From positions 32,001 through 96,000 of the forward strand of contig CAWHCQ010000017.1 in NCBI GenBank assembly GCA_963827755.1: 64,000 nucleotides of DNA, given 5' to 3'. The DNA is from an uncultured Gammaproteobacteria bacterium. GTDB taxonomy: Bacteria > Pseudomonadota > Gammaproteobacteria > UBA9214. Within the stretch, counting starts at the first letter, position 1. Each line of letters opens with the position of its first letter. The notes under the pieces are model-generated. The model did not search any database, was not told the DNA's origin, and saw only the letters and a program-made list of their open reading frames with translations. The position numbers and the translations under genes were made by a program. Shown piece by piece: positions 29,806-44,500 of this stretch.

Positions 29806-30366
29806 ATGAATCACATGGGTTTGCGATTTATATTCCCGCTGCTGGTCGCGCTGTCGTTACTGGCAGGCTGCAGGGCCGGCCTGCAGGTGGAGGCCGGGCA
29901 GTCATTGTTTCACGCATTGCCCGGCAGTGAATTTATTCTGCGCGCGGATATCGTTATTCCGCCCGGCCGGTTACGTGCCAGCTTTCAGGGTGGAAAATTA
30001 TTAAACGGTGCCAGCGAATTCGAGCCGCGTTGTGAACTTGAACTCCGAAACTTCAGTGAAGAGCCGCAAACTATCCCTGCAGGTACTTACAGGATTGACA
30101 GGGTCCGTGGCCTGGACCGTTACGTCAGTCGTCCGGACGAAAAGATCCTGCTGGCTGCGGCGGAGGTGCTGCAACTGGCCTCTGATGCAGGAGACTCGCA
30201 ATGGTACATGCGTACCTACCATATGACCCTGCAATCGGAAATGCAGGCCGATGCGCCAGTGCTGGTTTGTGGCGGCGCCTATAATTACGCATTTGACGTC
30301 CGCTATCCCACGCTGTCGGAAATGCTTGTTGCGCTGGGTGATTACGCCGTACTCAGGCTGCGCTGA
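29806..30366 (+). CDS. Hypothetical lipoprotein
   Basis: Hydrophobic signal with lipobox LLAGC; start uncertain. Confidence 0.7.
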   Translation: MNHMGLRFIFPLLVALSLLAGCRAGLQVEAGQSLFHALPGSEFILRADIVIPPGRLRASFQGGKLLNGASEFEPRCELELRNFSEEPQTIPAGTYRIDRVRGLDRYVSRPDEKILLAAAEVLQLASDAGDSQWYMRTYHMTLQSEMQADAPVLVCGGAYNYAFDVRYPTLSEMLVALGDYAVLRLR

Positions 30367-30396
30367 CCGTCTGCCCTCTGTGCAGGAGCCCGGCGC

Positions 30397-31461
30397 TCAG
30401 TCGTGGTATTGCCTGCTGAGCTGGTGAACGGCACTGATCATGGCGCCAACGTGTTCCGGATTGACGTCGGGGTTGATGCCATGGCCAAGGTTGAATACAT
30501 GGCCGGTGCCGGCGCCATACTGTTTCAATACCGCGCCGACCTTTTCGTGAATAATTTCCGGCGCCGCATACAGGGTAGCAGGGTCGAGATTGCCCTGTAA
30601 CGCGACCCGGTCACCAACCCGCTTGCGCGCCATGGCCAGGTCGGTTGACCAGTCAATGCCAAGTGCATCGACACCGGTGTCGGCCATCGCCTCCAGCCAC
30701 TGGCAGCCGCCCTTGGTAAACATAATGACCGGAACCTTCACACCCTCGTGTTCACGCTTAAGGCCGTCGACAATCTGTTGCATGTAGCGTAGCGAGAATT
30801 CGGCGTAGTCCTCGGGGGTGAGGATACCGCCCCAGGTGTCGAAGATCATCACGGTCTGCGCACCGGCGGCAATCTGTGCATTCAGGTATGCCGTCACCGA
30901 CTCTGCCAGGATGTTCAGCAAACGATGCATTAACGCCGGTTCGTTGTAGAGCATGCCCTTGACGCGCGAGTAGGTCTTCGACGCACTGCCCTCGACCATG
31001 TAGGTCGACAGCGTCCAGGGACTGCCCGAAAAACCGATCAGCGGAACGCGGTTGTTAAGCTCTTTCCGGATCAGGCGCACGGCATCCATCACGTAACGCA
31101 ATTCGTTTTCCGGATCCGGGACGCCAAGCGCCTTGATGTCGGCGGCCGTGCGCACCGGCTTGTGGAACCGCGGGCCTTCGCCTTCTGCAAAATACAGCCC
31201 GAGTCCCATGGCGTCCGGAATGGTGAGGATGTCCGAGAACAGGATGGCCGCGTCCAGCGGAAAGCGCTCGATCGGCTGCAGGGTGACTTCGCAGGCCAGT
31301 TCAGGGTTGGTGCACAGGTCCATGAAGCTGCCGGCCTGTTTGCGAATCTTGCGGTATTCCGGCAGGTAGCGGCCGGCCTGGCGCATCATCCATACGGGAG
31401 TGACGTCGACGGGCTGGCGCAGCAGCGCGCGGATGAAGCGGTCATTTTTTAGTGGTGGCAT
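30397..31461 (-). CDS. hemE: Uroporphyrinogen decarboxylase
   Basis: [38 protein letters not shown]. Confidence 0.97.
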   Translation of the reverse strand: MPPLKNDRFIRALLRQPVDVTPVWMMRQAGRYLPEYRKIRKQAGSFMDLCTNPELACEVTLQPIERFPLDAAILFSDILTIPDAMGLGLYFAEGEGPRFHKPVRTAADIKALGVPDPENELRYVMDAVRLIRKELNNRVPLIGFSGSPWTLSTYMVEGSASKTYSRVKGMLYNEPALMHRLLNILAESVTAYLNAQIAAGAQTVMIFDTWGGILTPEDYAEFSLRYMQQIVDGLKREHEGVKVPVIMFTKGGCQWLEAMADTGVDALGIDWSTDLAMARKRVGDRVALQGNLDPATLYAAPEIIHEKVGAVLKQYGAGTGHVFNLGHGINPDVNPEHVGAMISAVHQLSRQYHD

Positions 31462-31517
31462 TGGGGTATTGTAAGCGGGGATGGTGTTTTGCGTAACTAG
31501 TTTTCAGTTTTTTGGGT

Positions 31518-32197
31518 TTTGTTTCGCCCTGACCGGGCGAGGCACCTTTCTCCGCTCCGCCGATTTGGTAGAAGCGCCTTGCAGGCGCTGGTTTTATTTT
31601 ATGCGGGCTCTCGCGCCCGCGCGGCGAGATACTTTTCTTTGCTCCGCCAAAGAAACGTATCCAAAAGAAAGGCGGCCCGAAGGTGCAGCCCGAATACTCA
31701 TTTTCAATGAGTATTCGGGTTCCCTGCGCTTCTCGCGAAAACCGGCGCATGCGCAACTCGCAATCTCGCTGCGCTCGAAAGCTCAGACAGGGCGCATGCT
31801 TCATCCGGTTTTCACTGCGATGCTCGGCTGCGCCTACGGGAAGGTAGGTCAACTCCCACATACTCACGGATTGGGGGTAGATTTACCCACCCGTAGCACT
31901 CACCGAGTACCGCAGCCAATCCGGGGAATAGCCGCGCACCCTGTCTGAGCTTTCGAGCGCAGCGAGATTGCGAGTTGTGCGCGGCCCCCGGATTGGCGAG
32001 GAACGCAGGGGACCGGCGTAGCCGGTGAGTGCTCCGGGTGCCTTTCTCTTTGGGTACTTTCTCTTGGGCAAGCAAGAGAAAGTACCTCGCCGAGCGGGCG
32101 CGAGAGCCCGCATCCAAAAACAACCGCGCCTGCAAGGCGCCCCAACAAACAAGCGCAGCAAAGAAAGAGCACCTAGCCCGACAGGGCGAAACCGAAA
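31518..32197. repeat. Large structured bipartite non-coding repeat element, copy 2: arm A 31574-31856, short spacer, inverted arm B 31873-32148, imperfect terminal inverted repeats
   Basis: Same A and B arms as 7731-8436; ends gtttcgccctgaccgggcg (from 31521) and gcccgacagggcgaaac (to 32192). Confidence 0.9.
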
Positions 32198-32233
32198 CAT
32201 CAAACGGCGTAAAAAAATAACAATGCCAATTGA

Positions 32234-33686
<1,453 letters not shown>

Positions 33687-33688
33687 GC

Positions 33689-36600
33689 CTAGTGACCTCC
33701 CTTTGCGGCACGTGCCGTGACCACCTGGGCCGCTTGCATCTCCTGCAGCGCACGCCGGTAATCGACCGGCATGACCTTGATGAATTTCGGCAGCATAGCG
33801 GCCCAGTTATCAAGGATGCTGCGGCCGCGTGCGCTGTCGGTATAGTGCACATGTCTTTCGATCAGGCGGTGCAGTCGCAGGGCATCATAACGGGTCATAT
33901 CGCTGCTGATGTCTACGCGGCCGTGGGTCTCCAGGTCGCCGCCCTGGTGGTCGAGTTTTTCAAGTGCGTCGTCCTCGGCCGCAATCGGCTCGAGTTCGAC
34001 CATGGCAAGGTTGCAGCGTTGTTCGAAGTCGCCACGCTCGTCGAGTACATAGGCGATGCCGCCACTCATTCCGGCAGCGAAGTTCCTGCCCGACTCGCCC
34101 AGTACCACGACGATTCCGCCGGTCATGTATTCGCAGCCATGGTCGCCGACGCCTTCTACAACAGCGCAAGCGCCGGAGTTGCGTACTGCAAAGCGCTCAC
34201 CGGCAACGCCCCGGAAATAACATTCACCGCTGATGGCGCCATAGAGCACCGTGTTGCCGACGATAATGTTTTCTTCGGCGATAATCGGCGTTTCCGCGGG
34301 CGGATAGACGACGATGCGGCCGCCACTGAGGCCCTTGCCGACGTAATCATTGCCTTCGCCGATCAGCGTCAGGCTAACGCCATGCGCTGCAAAGGCCCCG
34401 AAACTTTGTCCGGCGGTTCCGCGCAGCGTGATGCTGATGGTGTCTTCCGGCAATCCCGCGTGCCCATAGCGCCTGGCGACTTCGCCGGACAGCATGGTGC
34501 CCACGGTGCGGTTGGTATTCTTCACCGGCAGGTCGATTTGCACCGCTGTTTTGTTATCCAGTGCCGCGCGCGACAGTTCGATCAGTTGATTATCCAGTGC
34601 CCTGGTGAGGCCGTGGTCCTGTACGTCGGCGCGGTAAATGCCGACGCCTGCTGGCGCCGCAGGCTTGTGCAGGACGCGTGAAAAATCGAGACCCTGGGCC
34701 TTCCAGTGATTTATGGCGTGACGCATATTAAGGCACTGTGACTGGCCGATCATGTCGTCAAACCTGCGGAAACCGAGTTTCGCCATCAGCTCGCGAATCT
34801 CTTCGGCAACGAAGAAAAAGTAGTTCACCACGTGTTCCGGTTTGCCGGTAAAACGCTTGCGCAGCTCCGGGTCCTGGGTGGCGACACCGACCGGGCAGGT
34901 ATTGAGGTGACACTTGCGCATCATGATGCAGCCTTCAACAATCAGCGGCGCGGTGGCAAAGCCGAATTCATCGGCACCCAGCAGTGCGCCGATGACCACG
35001 TCGCGGCCGGTGCGCATGCCGCCATCGACCTGCACCGCGATGCGCGAACGCAGGTTGTTCATCACCAGTGTCTGGTGGGTCTCGGCAAGGCCGATTTCCC
35101 AGGGAGATCCGGCGTGCTTGATCGAGGTCAGCGGGCTGGCGCCGGTACCACCGTCATGGCCCGAGATAGTGACATGATCCGCATGTGCCTTGGAAACGCC
35201 GGCTGCAACCGTACCCACGCCGACTTCTGACACCAGCTTCACACTGATGTCTGCCTGCGGATTGACGTTTTTCAGGTCGTGGATCAGTTGTGCCAGGTCC
35301 TCGATGGAATAGATGTCGTGGTGCGGCGGCGGCGAGATCAGGCCAACGCCCGCCGTGGAGTGGCGAACCCTGGCGATAGTTGCATCGACCTTGTGACCTG
35401 GCAGCTGCCCGCCTTCACCGGGCTTGGCACCCTGTGCCATCTTGATCTGGATCATGTCGGAATTGACCAGGTACTCGGTAGTTACCCCGAAACGGCCGGA
35501 TGCCACCTGCTTGATGGCGGAGCGTTTTGAATCCCCGTTTTCAAGCGGCTTGAAACGCTCGGTCTGTTCACCGCCCTCACCGGTATTGGACTTTCCGCCA
35601 ATTCGGTTCATCGCAATGGCCAGCGTCGTGTGGGCCTCGTAGGAAATGGAACCGAATGACATGGCGCCCGTCGAGAAGCGTTTGACGATTTCCTTCGCAG
35701 GCTCGACTTCATCCAGCGGTACCGGTTTTTCCGGAAAGTTGAGCTCGAACAGACCGCGCAGATTCAACAGGCGTTCATTTTGTTCATCAACCAGTTGCGA
35801 AAACTCCCGGAAGGTCTTTGCATCATTTGCGCGCGTGGCATGTTGCAATTTTGCAATGGAGTCCGGCGTCCACATGTGGTCTTCGCCACGCAGGCGGAAG
35901 GCATAATCGCCGCCGACATCAAGCTTGTTCCGGTAGATCGGGGCGTTGCCATAGGCATTCTGATGCCAGCGTACGGTTTCGCCGGCGACCTCCGCGAGCC
36001 CGATACCTTCGATGGTGGTTGCGGTGCCGGTGAAGTAGGCATCGACAAATTCAGTGCTCAGGCCGACGGCATCAAAGATCTGGGCCCCGCAATAGGACTG
36101 GTAGGTCGAGATGCCCATTTTCGACATGACCTTGAGCAGACCCTTGCCGATGGCCTTGATATAGCGTTTACAGATCTCGTGTTCGTCGAGTTTTTCTACC
36201 AGCTGTTCACGAATGGAGATGAGTGATTCAAAGGCCAGGTACGGGTTGATTGCCTCGGCGCCATAGCCGGCAAGCGTCGCAAACTGGTGAACTTCGCGGG
36301 CGGTGCCGGTCTCGATGACCAGCCCGGACTCGGTGCGCAGGCCGGCCTGCACCAGGTGCTGGTGGACGCTGGAGGTGGCGAGCAGGGCCGGGATTGCGAT
36401 GCGATCGATGTTGGCGCCGCGATCCGACAGGATGAGGATATTAAAGCCTTCCTGCACCGCGTCTGTTGCCTGCTGGCAGACAGAGGTGAGTGCGCCCTGC
36501 ATGCCGTCCGCGCCTTCTGCGGCGTCATAGCAGATATCGATGGTATGCGTGCGAAATGCACCATCGGTGTGGTCCTGGATGTGCCGGATGCGTTCGATAT

Positions 36601-38329
36601 CGGTGTTGGTCAGGATTGGCTGGCTGACTTCAAGACGCATGTGTCCGCCGGTTGATTCGAGTTCCAGCAGGTTCGGGCGCGGACCAATCAGAGAGACCAG
36701 CGACATCACCAGTTCTTCGCGAATCGGGTCGATTGGCGGGTTGGTGACCTGTGCAAAATTCTGTTTGAAGTAGTTCGACAGGGGCTTTGGCTTGTTCGAC
36801 AGCACCGCTACCGGGTTATCGGCGCCCATCGAACCGATGGCTTCCTGGCCGGTGAGGGCCATCGGGGTCATCAGGAACTTGATGTCTTCCTGGGTATAGC
36901 CAAATGACTGTTGCCGATCGAGCAGGGTCTCGTGATCCGGGGCCATCGCGCTGACCTCGCCGGGCAGATCGCGGAGCCGGATCTGGGTCCTGTTCAGCCA
37001 GTCCTGGTAGTCATGGCTGTCGGCGAGGGCGTTTTTGACTTCCTCGTTATCGATAATGCGGCCCTGCTCCAGGTCGATCAGGAACATCTTGCCGGGTTGC
37101 AGGCGCCATTTTTTGACAATGCGCTCTTCCGGGATATCGAGCACGCCCATTTCCGAGGCCATGACCACAAGGTCGTCATCGGTAATCAGGTAGCGCGCCG
37201 GGCGCAGGCCGTTGCGGTCGAGGGTGGCGCCGATCTGGCGGCCATCGGTAAAGGCGACGGCGGCCGGTCCGTCCCAGGGTTCCATGACGGCGGCATAATA
37301 TTCGTAAAAGGCGCGGCGTTTTTTATCCATCAGCGGGTTGCCGGCCCAGGCCTCGGGGATCAGCAGCATCATGGCATGGGCGAGGGAATAACCACCGGTG
37401 ACCAGTAATTCCAGCGCATTGTCGAAGCAGGCGGAGTCCGACTGGCCTTCGGCAATCAGCGGCCAGAGTTTCTGCAGGTCTTCACCGAACAGTTTCGATG
37501 TCATGGATTGACGGCGTGCATTCATCCAGTTGATATTGCCGCGCATGGTGTTGATCTCGCCGTTGTGGGCGATCATGCGAAACGGATGTGCCAGGTCCCA
37601 TGACGGGAAGGTGTTGGTGGAAAAGCGCTGGTGTACCAGGGCAAGTGCCGAGATCACGCGCGTATCATTCAAATCGGTGTAGTAGGTATTGACCTGGTTG
37701 GCCAGCAGCATGCCCTTGTAGCACAGGGTGCGCGCGGACATGGACGGGACGTAAAAGGTCTCGAGGCCTTCCCGGTCCGAATTCTGCAGCATGATTTCGA
37801 CGCGCTTGCGGATAATGAACAGCTTGCGTTCGAATGTATCGGTATTCAGGCAATTCTCGCCCTTGCGGATGAATACCATGCGAATGACCGGTTCAACCTG
37901 CCTGACGGATTCACCGAGGCCGGAGTTGTCGGTGGGGACGTCGCGCCAGCCGAGCAGGCCCTGGCCTTCTTCGGCAGTGATCCCGGTGATCAGGGTTTCG
38001 CAAAAATTGCGAATCTCCTCGCGGGCCGGCAGGAACAGCATGCCCACGCCATAGTCACCGGCAGCCGGCAGGTCGATGCCGAGGGCGGCGCATTCCTCGC
38101 GCAGGAAGGCATCCGGGATTTGCATGAGGATGCCGGCACCGTCACCGGCCAGCGGGTCGGCACCGACCGCACCGCGGTGGGTCAGGTTTTCCAGGATGCG
38201 CAGCCCCTGCTGGACGATCTCATGACTCTTGCGCCCCTTGACGTTGGCGATGAAGCCGACGCCACAGGCATCATGCTCGTTGGCAGGGTCATACAGGCCT
38301 TGTCGGGGTGGCAGCGTACCGTACTTCAT
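33689..38329 (-). CDS. gltB: Glutamate synthase large subunit
   Basis: 1546 aa; [48 protein letters not shown]. Confidence 0.98.
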   Translation of the reverse strand: MKYGTLPPRQGLYDPANEHDACGVGFIANVKGRKSHEIVQQGLRILENLTHRGAVGADPLAGDGAGILMQIPDAFLREECAALGIDLPAAGDYGVGMLFLPAREEIRNFCETLITGITAEEGQGLLGWRDVPTDNSGLGESVRQVEPVIRMVFIRKGENCLNTDTFERKLFIIRKRVEIMLQNSDREGLETFYVPSMSARTLCYKGMLLANQVNTYYTDLNDTRVISALALVHQRFSTNTFPSWDLAHPFRMIAHNGEINTMRGNINWMNARRQSMTSKLFGEDLQKLWPLIAEGQSDSACFDNALELLVTGGYSLAHAMMLLIPEAWAGNPLMDKKRRAFYEYYAAVMEPWDGPAAVAFTDGRQIGATLDRNGLRPARYLITDDDLVVMASEMGVLDIPEERIVKKWRLQPGKMFLIDLEQGRIIDNEEVKNALADSHDYQDWLNRTQIRLRDLPGEVSAMAPDHETLLDRQQSFGYTQEDIKFLMTPMALTGQEAIGSMGADNPVAVLSNKPKPLSNYFKQNFAQVTNPPIDPIREELVMSLVSLIGPRPNLLELESTGGHMRLEVSQPILTNTDIERIRHIQDHTDGAFRTHTIDICYDAAEGADGMQGALTSVCQQATDAVQEGFNILILSDRGANIDRIAIPALLATSSVHQHLVQAGLRTESGLVIETGTAREVHQFATLAGYGAEAINPYLAFESLISIREQLVEKLDEHEICKRYIKAIGKGLLKVMSKMGISTYQSYCGAQIFDAVGLSTEFVDAYFTGTATTIEGIGLAEVAGETVRWHQNAYGNAPIYRNKLDVGGDYAFRLRGEDHMWTPDSIAKLQHATRANDAKTFREFSQLVDEQNERLLNLRGLFELNFPEKPVPLDEVEPAKEIVKRFSTGAMSFGSISYEAHTTLAIAMNRIGGKSNTGEGGEQTERFKPLENGDSKRSAIKQVASGRFGVTTEYLVNSDMIQIKMAQGAKPGEGGQLPGHKVDATIARVRHSTAGVGLISPPPHHDIYSIEDLAQLIHDLKNVNPQADISVKLVSEVGVGTVAAGVSKAHADHVTISGHDGGTGASPLTSIKHAGSPWEIGLAETHQTLVMNNLRSRIAVQVDGGMRTGRDVVIGALLGADEFGFATAPLIVEGCIMMRKCHLNTCPVGVATQDPELRKRFTGKPEHVVNYFFFVAEEIRELMAKLGFRRFDDMIGQSQCLNMRHAINHWKAQGLDFSRVLHKPAAPAGVGIYRADVQDHGLTRALDNQLIELSRAALDNKTAVQIDLPVKNTNRTVGTMLSGEVARRYGHAGLPEDTISITLRGTAGQSFGAFAAHGVSLTLIGEGNDYVGKGLSGGRIVVYPPAETPIIAEENIIVGNTVLYGAISGECYFRGVAGERFAVRNSGACAVVEGVGDHGCEYMTGGIVVVLGESGRNFAAGMSGGIAYVLDERGDFEQRCNLAMVELEPIAAEDDALEKLDHQGGDLETHGRVDISSDMTRYDALRLHRLIERHVHYTDSARGRSILDNWAAMLPKFIKVMPVDYRRALQEMQAAQVVTARAAKGGH

Positions 38330-38568
38330 TGATTTTACCCGCTTGTGAGGTTTCTCAGCCCGGCGCCCGGGATACAGACTCCGTGAAAAAATAATAAATA
38401 CAGTACTTTACAATATTGTAGCCAGTAATCGTTTGGCCGCGAGCATCCTGAATCCGGGCGGGGGCCAAAAGGCCGAATAGTATAGCGCTGCCGGGCCGGC
38501 GGTTCAATTTGCGATGGAGTGTTTTTCCTTTTTAATTTCAGGGATATGCAAAGTGCTCGTACAGCAGC

Positions 38569-38817
38569 CTATTTCGAATGTGCCTGCATGAACACCACCT
38601 GGTAGCCGCGCTTGAGCTGTTCATCGCGGATCTGCAGCAGCGCGGCCTCTGCGTCGCCCTGCTCACTGAAATGCTCTTTTTTGATCCGGCCGGCGGCGCC
38701 CTGGTAACCCCATTCCCGAATCAGCGACCAGCCCTCAAGCAGGTCTTCCTGCAGATGCAGGTGATAGAAGCGGGGTGCCTTGTCGCCTTGCGGCGGGATT
38801 TGCATGTAGATGCGCAT
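38569..38817 (-). CDS. WGR domain protein
   Basis: RFYHLHLQEDLLEGWSLIREWGYQG...RGY. Confidence 0.75.
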   Translation of the reverse strand: MRIYMQIPPQGDKAPRFYHLHLQEDLLEGWSLIREWGYQGAAGRIKKEHFSEQGDAEAALLQIRDEQLKRGYQVVFMQAHSK

Positions 38818-38878
38818 GGGTATCGGGAAATAAAAAATTATCTCACGCAGAGGCGCAGGGTGAGACAGCATTCATTCA

Positions 38879-40051
38879 CTAACGCTCCTGTTTGATGATG
38901 CGTTCATACTCCGCGAGGGCGTAGCGGTCGGTCATGCCGGCGATGTAGTCGGCGACTGCGCGGGCGCGGCCGTTCCGGCCGTCGGCGGTTTCCAGGTTGG
39001 CCAGGTGCTCGCGGGACTCGTCCGGCAACAGGTCTGCGTCCGTGAAATAGGCCCCGAACAGGGCGGTGACCGTTTCTGCCGCCCGGGTGCTCATGCGCTG
39101 TACCTGTGGATGGCGGTAAAGGTTGCTGCGCAGGAAACGTTTCAGCTCGAGATTTTTTTCGCGCATGCCGTCACTGAAAGCGATCAGGGCCACGCCGTGG
39201 TTGCGGACGGCCTCGAGATCTTCGGGGGCTGCCTGCTCGAGATTGCGGGTGCTGGTCTCGACCAGGTCGATCACCTGGCAGCCTATCAGGCGCCGTACTA
39301 CCTCGTGGATGGTGCGGCGTGGCGGCAGGTCGGGGTAGAGACTGCAAACCGTCTCGTGCTGTTCCCGGTACAGTTCGATCTCATTCAGGGAGTCGACGTC
39401 AATCAGACCGGAGCGCAGGCCGTCGTCCACGTCGTGAGAATTGTAGGCGATCTCGTCGGCCAGGTTTGTCAGCTGCGCCTCCAGCGAGGCCTGTTTTTTC
39501 TCGATAAAGCGTCGCCCGACTTCTCCAAGTGTTCCGGCATTCTTTATGGAACAGTGTTTGAGGATGCCCTCGCGGGTTTCAAAGGTCAGGTTCAGACCGG
39601 AGAACTCTGCGTAGCGCTGCTCGAGTTTGTCGACGACGCGCAGTGACTGCAGGTTGTGTTCAAAGCCGCCATAGTCTTTCATGCAGGCGTTCAGGGCATC
39701 CTGGCCGGCATGCCCGAAAGGTGTATGACCAAGGTCGTGCGCCAGCGCGATACCCTCGGTCAGGTCTTCGTTGAGATGCAGGGCGCGGGCAATCGAGCGC
39801 GCAACCTGTGCGACCTCGATGGAATGCGTCAGCCGGGTGCGGAACAGGTCGCCCTCGTGATTGACGAACACCTGTGTCTTGTATTCGAGCCGCCGAAAGG
39901 CGGCGGAATGGATGATCCTGTCACGGTCTCGCTGGAATTCCGTCCGGTACGCCGGCGCGGGTTCGTGGTGCCGGCGACCTTTTGAACAAAGCCCGGTGAC
40001 GGCGTAGGGTGCAAGCGTCGAGGTTCGCGATGCCGTGGCTGCGTCGTTCAT
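38879..40051 (-). CDS. dgt: dGTP triphosphohydrolase-like HD protein
   Basis: [42 protein letters not shown]. Confidence 0.93.
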   Translation of the reverse strand: MNDAATASRTSTLAPYAVTGLCSKGRRHHEPAPAYRTEFQRDRDRIIHSAAFRRLEYKTQVFVNHEGDLFRTRLTHSIEVAQVARSIARALHLNEDLTEGIALAHDLGHTPFGHAGQDALNACMKDYGGFEHNLQSLRVVDKLEQRYAEFSGLNLTFETREGILKHCSIKNAGTLGEVGRRFIEKKQASLEAQLTNLADEIAYNSHDVDDGLRSGLIDVDSLNEIELYREQHETVCSLYPDLPPRRTIHEVVRRLIGCQVIDLVETSTRNLEQAAPEDLEAVRNHGVALIAFSDGMREKNLELKRFLRSNLYRHPQVQRMSTRAAETVTALFGAYFTDADLLPDESREHLANLETADGRNGRARAVADYIAGMTDRYALAEYERIIKQER

Positions 40052-40057
40052 GGGGTA

Positions 40058-41131
40058 TCAGGCCGCCGCCAGTGTCTGGTTCAGCAGGTCCGCATCGAAG
40101 TCACTGGTCAGAAAGGCGTCGCCGATGGCCTTTAGCAGGATCAGGCGTATGCCGTCATCGACCACCTTCTTGTCGACCGCCATGAGTTTCATGAAGCGTG
40201 CCGGCTCCATCTCATCCGGTGGATGGGTTGGCAGGCCGGCCTGCAGCAGCAGTTTTTCGATGCGCCCGACCGCCTCGTCTGTCAGCCAGCCATGCCGTGC
40301 CGACAGGTCGGCAGCCATGAGCATGCCGGTGGCGACCGCTTCGCCATGCAGCCAGTTGCCGTAGCCGGTGCCGGTCTCGATGGCATGCCCGAAGGTATGG
40401 CCGAGATTGAGCAGGGCGCGCTGGCCGCTTTCACGCTCGTCCGCGGCGACGATTTCCGCCTTCAGTGCACAGGAGCGCTCGATGGCCAGGGCCAGAGCCT
40501 TTTTGTCGCGTGCCATCAGCAGGCCGATGTTCTTTTCGAGCCAGCCAAAGAAAGCGGCATCGCGTATCAGGCCATACTTGATGACTTCAGCCAGCCCCGC
40601 GGCCAGCTGCCGGTCGTCGAGTGTGTCGAGTGTGTCGGTGTCGATCAGTACGCAGGCAGGCTGGTGAAAAGCGCCGATCATGTTTTTGCCGAGCGCGTGG
40701 TTGACGCCGGTCTTGCCGCCCACCGATGAATCCACCTGTGCCAGCAGCGTCGTCGGGATCTGCAGAAAGGCCACGCCGCGCTGGTAGCTGGCAGCCGCGA
40801 AACCCGTAATATCACCGATGACACCGCCACCGAGGGCGACCAGTGTGCAGCCGCGGTTAAACCTGTTTTCCAGCAATGCGCTGAAGACCAGGTTCAGTGT
40901 GTCGAGGTTTTTGTACTGCTCGCCATCCGGCAGGACAACGGTTGCCAGCTCGAAGTCGCTGAAGATGTCGCGCACGCTATCCAGGTACAGCGGCGCAATG
41001 GTTTCGTTGGTTACCACCATGACCTGTCGGCCACGCACGTGCTTTGTCAGCAGTTGCGGGTCGCCCAGCAGGCCCTGGCCGATAAAGATCGGGTAGCTGC
41101 GTTCGCCAAGTTCAACCGTTAATGTATCCAT
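40058..41131 (-). CDS. aroB: 3-dehydroquinate synthase
   Basis: [40 protein letters not shown]. Confidence 0.97.
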   Translation of the reverse strand: MDTLTVELGERSYPIFIGQGLLGDPQLLTKHVRGRQVMVVTNETIAPLYLDSVRDIFSDFELATVVLPDGEQYKNLDTLNLVFSALLENRFNRGCTLVALGGGVIGDITGFAAASYQRGVAFLQIPTTLLAQVDSSVGGKTGVNHALGKNMIGAFHQPACVLIDTDTLDTLDDRQLAAGLAEVIKYGLIRDAAFFGWLEKNIGLLMARDKKALALAIERSCALKAEIVAADERESGQRALLNLGHTFGHAIETGTGYGNWLHGEAVATGMLMAADLSARHGWLTDEAVGRIEKLLLQAGLPTHPPDEMEPARFMKLMAVDKKVVDDGIRLILLKAIGDAFLTSDFDADLLNQTLAAA

Positions 41132-41220
41132 GGTCCCGGATTGTGTCTGTAGAGACAGGCAGGATAGCGAAAAATCACGCCCGAGGGAAAAGTCTTGAAG
41201 ACGTCTGTCAAAGTGCCGGG

Positions 41221-41736
41221 CTATTGCTGCAAGTCGCGGATAATTTTCCTGACAACATCGCGCACCCGCATGCCATCGGTTTCGATGACCAGTCCAGCGG
41301 TTTCCCGGTAGAGCGGGTCGCGAATTGCCAGCAGTTCTTCCAGGGTCCTGCGCGGGTCCGGGGTTTGCAGCAGCGGCCGGTTACGGTCACGTGATGTCCG
41401 CGAGAGCTGCTGCCTGACCGAGGTATGCAGGTAGATGACGTAGCCGCGGCTGCGAAGCCGCTCCCGGTTTTCGGGGTCGAGTATGGCACCGCCGCCGGTT
41501 GCCAGCACGATATTCGGCAGGCGGGTGAGTTCGTCGATGACCTCGGATTCGCGCTTGCGGAAGCCGGCCTCACCTTCCAGTTCAAATATCAGCGGTATAT
41601 CCACCCCGGTACGTTGTTCGATTTCATGGTCGCTGTCATGGAATGGCATCGACAACTGTTTTGCCAGCTGCCGGCCGATAGTGGATTTGCCGGCCCCCAT
41701 GGGGCCCGTAAGAAAGATGCTGCCCGGCGTTTTCAT
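41221..41736 (-). CDS. aroK: Shikimate kinase
   Basis: [25 protein letters not shown]. Confidence 0.96.
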   Translation of the reverse strand: MKTPGSIFLTGPMGAGKSTIGRQLAKQLSMPFHDSDHEIEQRTGVDIPLIFELEGEAGFRKRESEVIDELTRLPNIVLATGGGAILDPENRERLRSRGYVIYLHTSVRQQLSRTSRDRNRPLLQTPDPRRTLEELLAIRDPLYRETAGLVIETDGMRVRDVVRKIIRDLQQ

Positions 41737-41793
41737 GTCGGGCAGGCTTGCCGAAACATGACTGTAGCGGCGGGAAATGCCGGCAGTGGATGC

Positions 41794-43936
41794 CTAGATA
41801 TTGATGTCTTCCCTGACAATCTTCGGCGTAACGAAGATCAGCAGTTCGGCCTTGTCGTTGACAGTCAGGCGCTTGTTGAACATCCAGTCAACCAGCGGCA
41901 ATTCACCGAAGAAAGGTACACGATCAATTTCCTGGGTTTTTTCCTGCTCGTAGATGCCGCCGAGCACCAGGGTTTCGCCGTTGTCGACCAGGACCTGGGT
42001 AGATACCTCGTTGGTATCGATGCTCGGGACGCCGAGGAAGATTTCGCCGACGCTGTCCTTGTTGATCTGCAGGTCCATGATGATGCGGTCATCCGGCGTT
42101 ATCTGCGGCGTGACCCGCAGGCTCAGCACGGCTTCCTTGAATGACACGCTGGTTGCGCCGCTGGATGAGGCCTCCTGGTAGGGGATTTCCACGCCCGACT
42201 TGATGAAGGCCGCTTTCTGGTTCGATGTAATGACCCGCGGGCTGGAGATGACCTCACCGTGGCCTTCGGCTTCCATGGCGGTCAGTTCCATCTGCAGGAA
42301 GTGGCTGCCAAGCCTGCCGATCGCGAGGCCAAATGAACTGGTTGCACCGATAACCGGCAGGTCAACCATCAGGCCTTCGAGACCGCTGCCTGCCGGCGAC
42401 TTCAAAACCTGTGACCTGTGCCGGCTGTAGATCACCGGCAAGCTTGCCGCCGAAGGTGCGGAAATGATCATCGTTGAAGTTGGTGCTTTTAGAGAGTCCG
42501 AAGGTGACACCCAGGTCCTTGGAGAAATCATTGCTGGCAATAACGATCCTGGATTCAATCAAAACCTGTCGAATCGGTATATCCAGTCGTGCAACCAGGC
42601 TGCGCGCTTCTGCAAGTTTTGCTGCCGTGTCCTGTACCAGCAGGGTATTGGTACGCTCGTCAGTCGTGGCCTTGCCCCTGCCTGACAGCAGGGTGGTCTC
42701 TTCACTCTTCAGCAGGTCTGCAATGTCCGATGCCTTGGCATAATTGATCTGGATAAATTCGGAATACACCGGTTCGAGTTCCTCGATCTGCTTCTGCGAT
42801 TCGAGTTCGAGTTTTTCGCGCGCGGCGATTTCCTCGCTCGGAGCAACCAGCATGACATTGCCGGTTTGACGCATGGCCAGGCCCTTGGTCTTGAGGATGA
42901 TGTCAAGCGCCTGGTCCCAGGGAACATTTTTCAGGCGCAGCGTGAGCCTGCCGCCGACCGTGTCACTGACCACGATATTGATGCCGGTGAAGTCGGCAAT
43001 CAGCTGCAGGACAGAACGCGCCTCGATATCCTGGAAGTTCAGCGAAAGTCTTTCGCCAAGGTATCCGAACTCGTCTTTCTTGACGGCTTCCTCTTCTTCC
43101 CTGGTGAGACCCCGGACTTCGATCGTGAACTGGTTGCCTGACTGATAGGCGATATATTCGAAGGCACCCAGCGGCGAGATCACCATGTGAACGTTTTCGC
43201 CCTTGCTGTAGGCATCGATCGTTTTTACCGGCGTTGCAAAATCGAGCACATCAAGACGTCTTTCCATCTCCCGTGGCAACCGGGCGCGGTAGAAATCCAC
43301 GACAACCTTGTCATCCTGCTGTTGCATGTCGACAGGAATAGAGGGGTCAGACAGGGTGACGATGACGCGGCCTTCGCCGGCTTCGCCGCGGCGAAAATCT
43401 ATGTTACTGATACTGCCGGAAGCGGCGCCCATTGCAGCCGCGGCTGTTGCCCGTGCTTCGGACAGCTGACTGCCTGCGTTTTGCACGGTGAGGATGATTT
43501 TGTTGCCCTCTGCATGGGCCTCGTAGGGAACCATGTCAAGCAGGTTGACAACGACACGGGTGCGTCCCTTGGCTTCAACAACAGCGATGCTTTCAGCCAT
43601 GCCAATGCCGATCGACTGCCTGCGCTGCGCCAGTTCATTGGTGGTGTTGGGAAAATCCAGTGCAATACGGGCCGGGTTATCGATGGTGAAGCTGAGCGGG
43701 GTAGTGGCGGGCTGGCTCATGGTCAGGGTGATGACAGCCTTGTTGCCGGGCAGGGCAGAGAAATCGACGGCCTTGATAGAATTACTGGTCGCTGCCTGTG
43801 CAGAGATTAACCCACCCGCCAGAAGCAGGGCCGTTGCGAACAGCAGGCTCTGCAGCAAGCTGAAGCCGGATTGCCTGGTGGCCCGAAACAGCAAAACATG
43901 TTTTGCCGGTGCGCGATGAGTGGTATTTCCGTTCAT
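41794..43936 (-). CDS. pilQ: Type IV pilus secretin (frameshift near 42400)
   Basis: AMIN domains, LSLNFQDI, VPWDQALD, QVLIESRIV; secretin tail TPQITPD..GETLVLGG..ELLIFVTP in the second ORF. Confidence 0.94.
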
Positions 43937-43954
43937 TGCCTTGCCCCTGTGGGA

Positions 43955-44500
43955 TTATTCGCTAATTGTAATCGAAGCCGGGCGTTCCACCCAGCCCCCG
44001 ATACCATCCGGAATGATTTCAGTAAATTCAACTTCAAATTCCGTGATCTTGTTAATTTTACCGTGATTCTGGCCGGCATAATTGCCCGGCTGCACGCGGT
44101 GTATGGTGCCATCCGTGTCATTGATGAGCGCCCATGTCTCCTCGTTTTGCTCCAGTGTCCCAACCATTCTCAGGCTGTCAAGTGCGAATTCCTCAAGCGG
44201 CTCTGTCGGCCTGTCAAAATCGGGTGCGATGCCGTTGCCCGATGACACCAGGGTCGCGGCGCGTGGCTTGGAAAAAGTGGGCTCGGTAAACGGGTCCCGG
44301 AGATCGCCTGCCTGGTAGGCAAAGGACTTGTAGGGCTCGAATTCCGGCAGTGGTTCGATGCTGGTTTTTTGCCGGTTTTTCACGTCTTCGACGTAGAGTT
44401 CCAGGTCAGTTGTCGATTCCCCGGTGCAGGCAAGCAGTAACCCGGAAACTGAAACAATGCCAAGCCAGCGTGTCGCGAGTCGGTAAGCGCTGCTCATCAT
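43955..44500 (-). CDS. pilP: Type IV pilus lipoprotein PilP
   Basis: Lipobox LLAC, RDPF, EPLEEFALDSLRMVGT, GNYAGQNHG. Confidence 0.93.
   Translation of the reverse strand: MMSSAYRLATRWLGIVSVSGLLLACTGESTTDLELYVEDVKNRQKTSIEPLPEFEPYKSFAYQAGDLRDPFTEPTFSKPRAATLVSSGNGIAPDFDRPTEPLEEFALDSLRMVGTLEQNEETWALINDTDGTIHRVQPGNYAGQNHGKINKITEFEVEFTEIIPDGIGGWVERPASITISE

Noticed and set aside
31812-32233. 140-aa C-terminal extension of GltD
   Set aside because: One extra base bypasses the normal GSSELPR* stop and the frame runs on into the repeat element.
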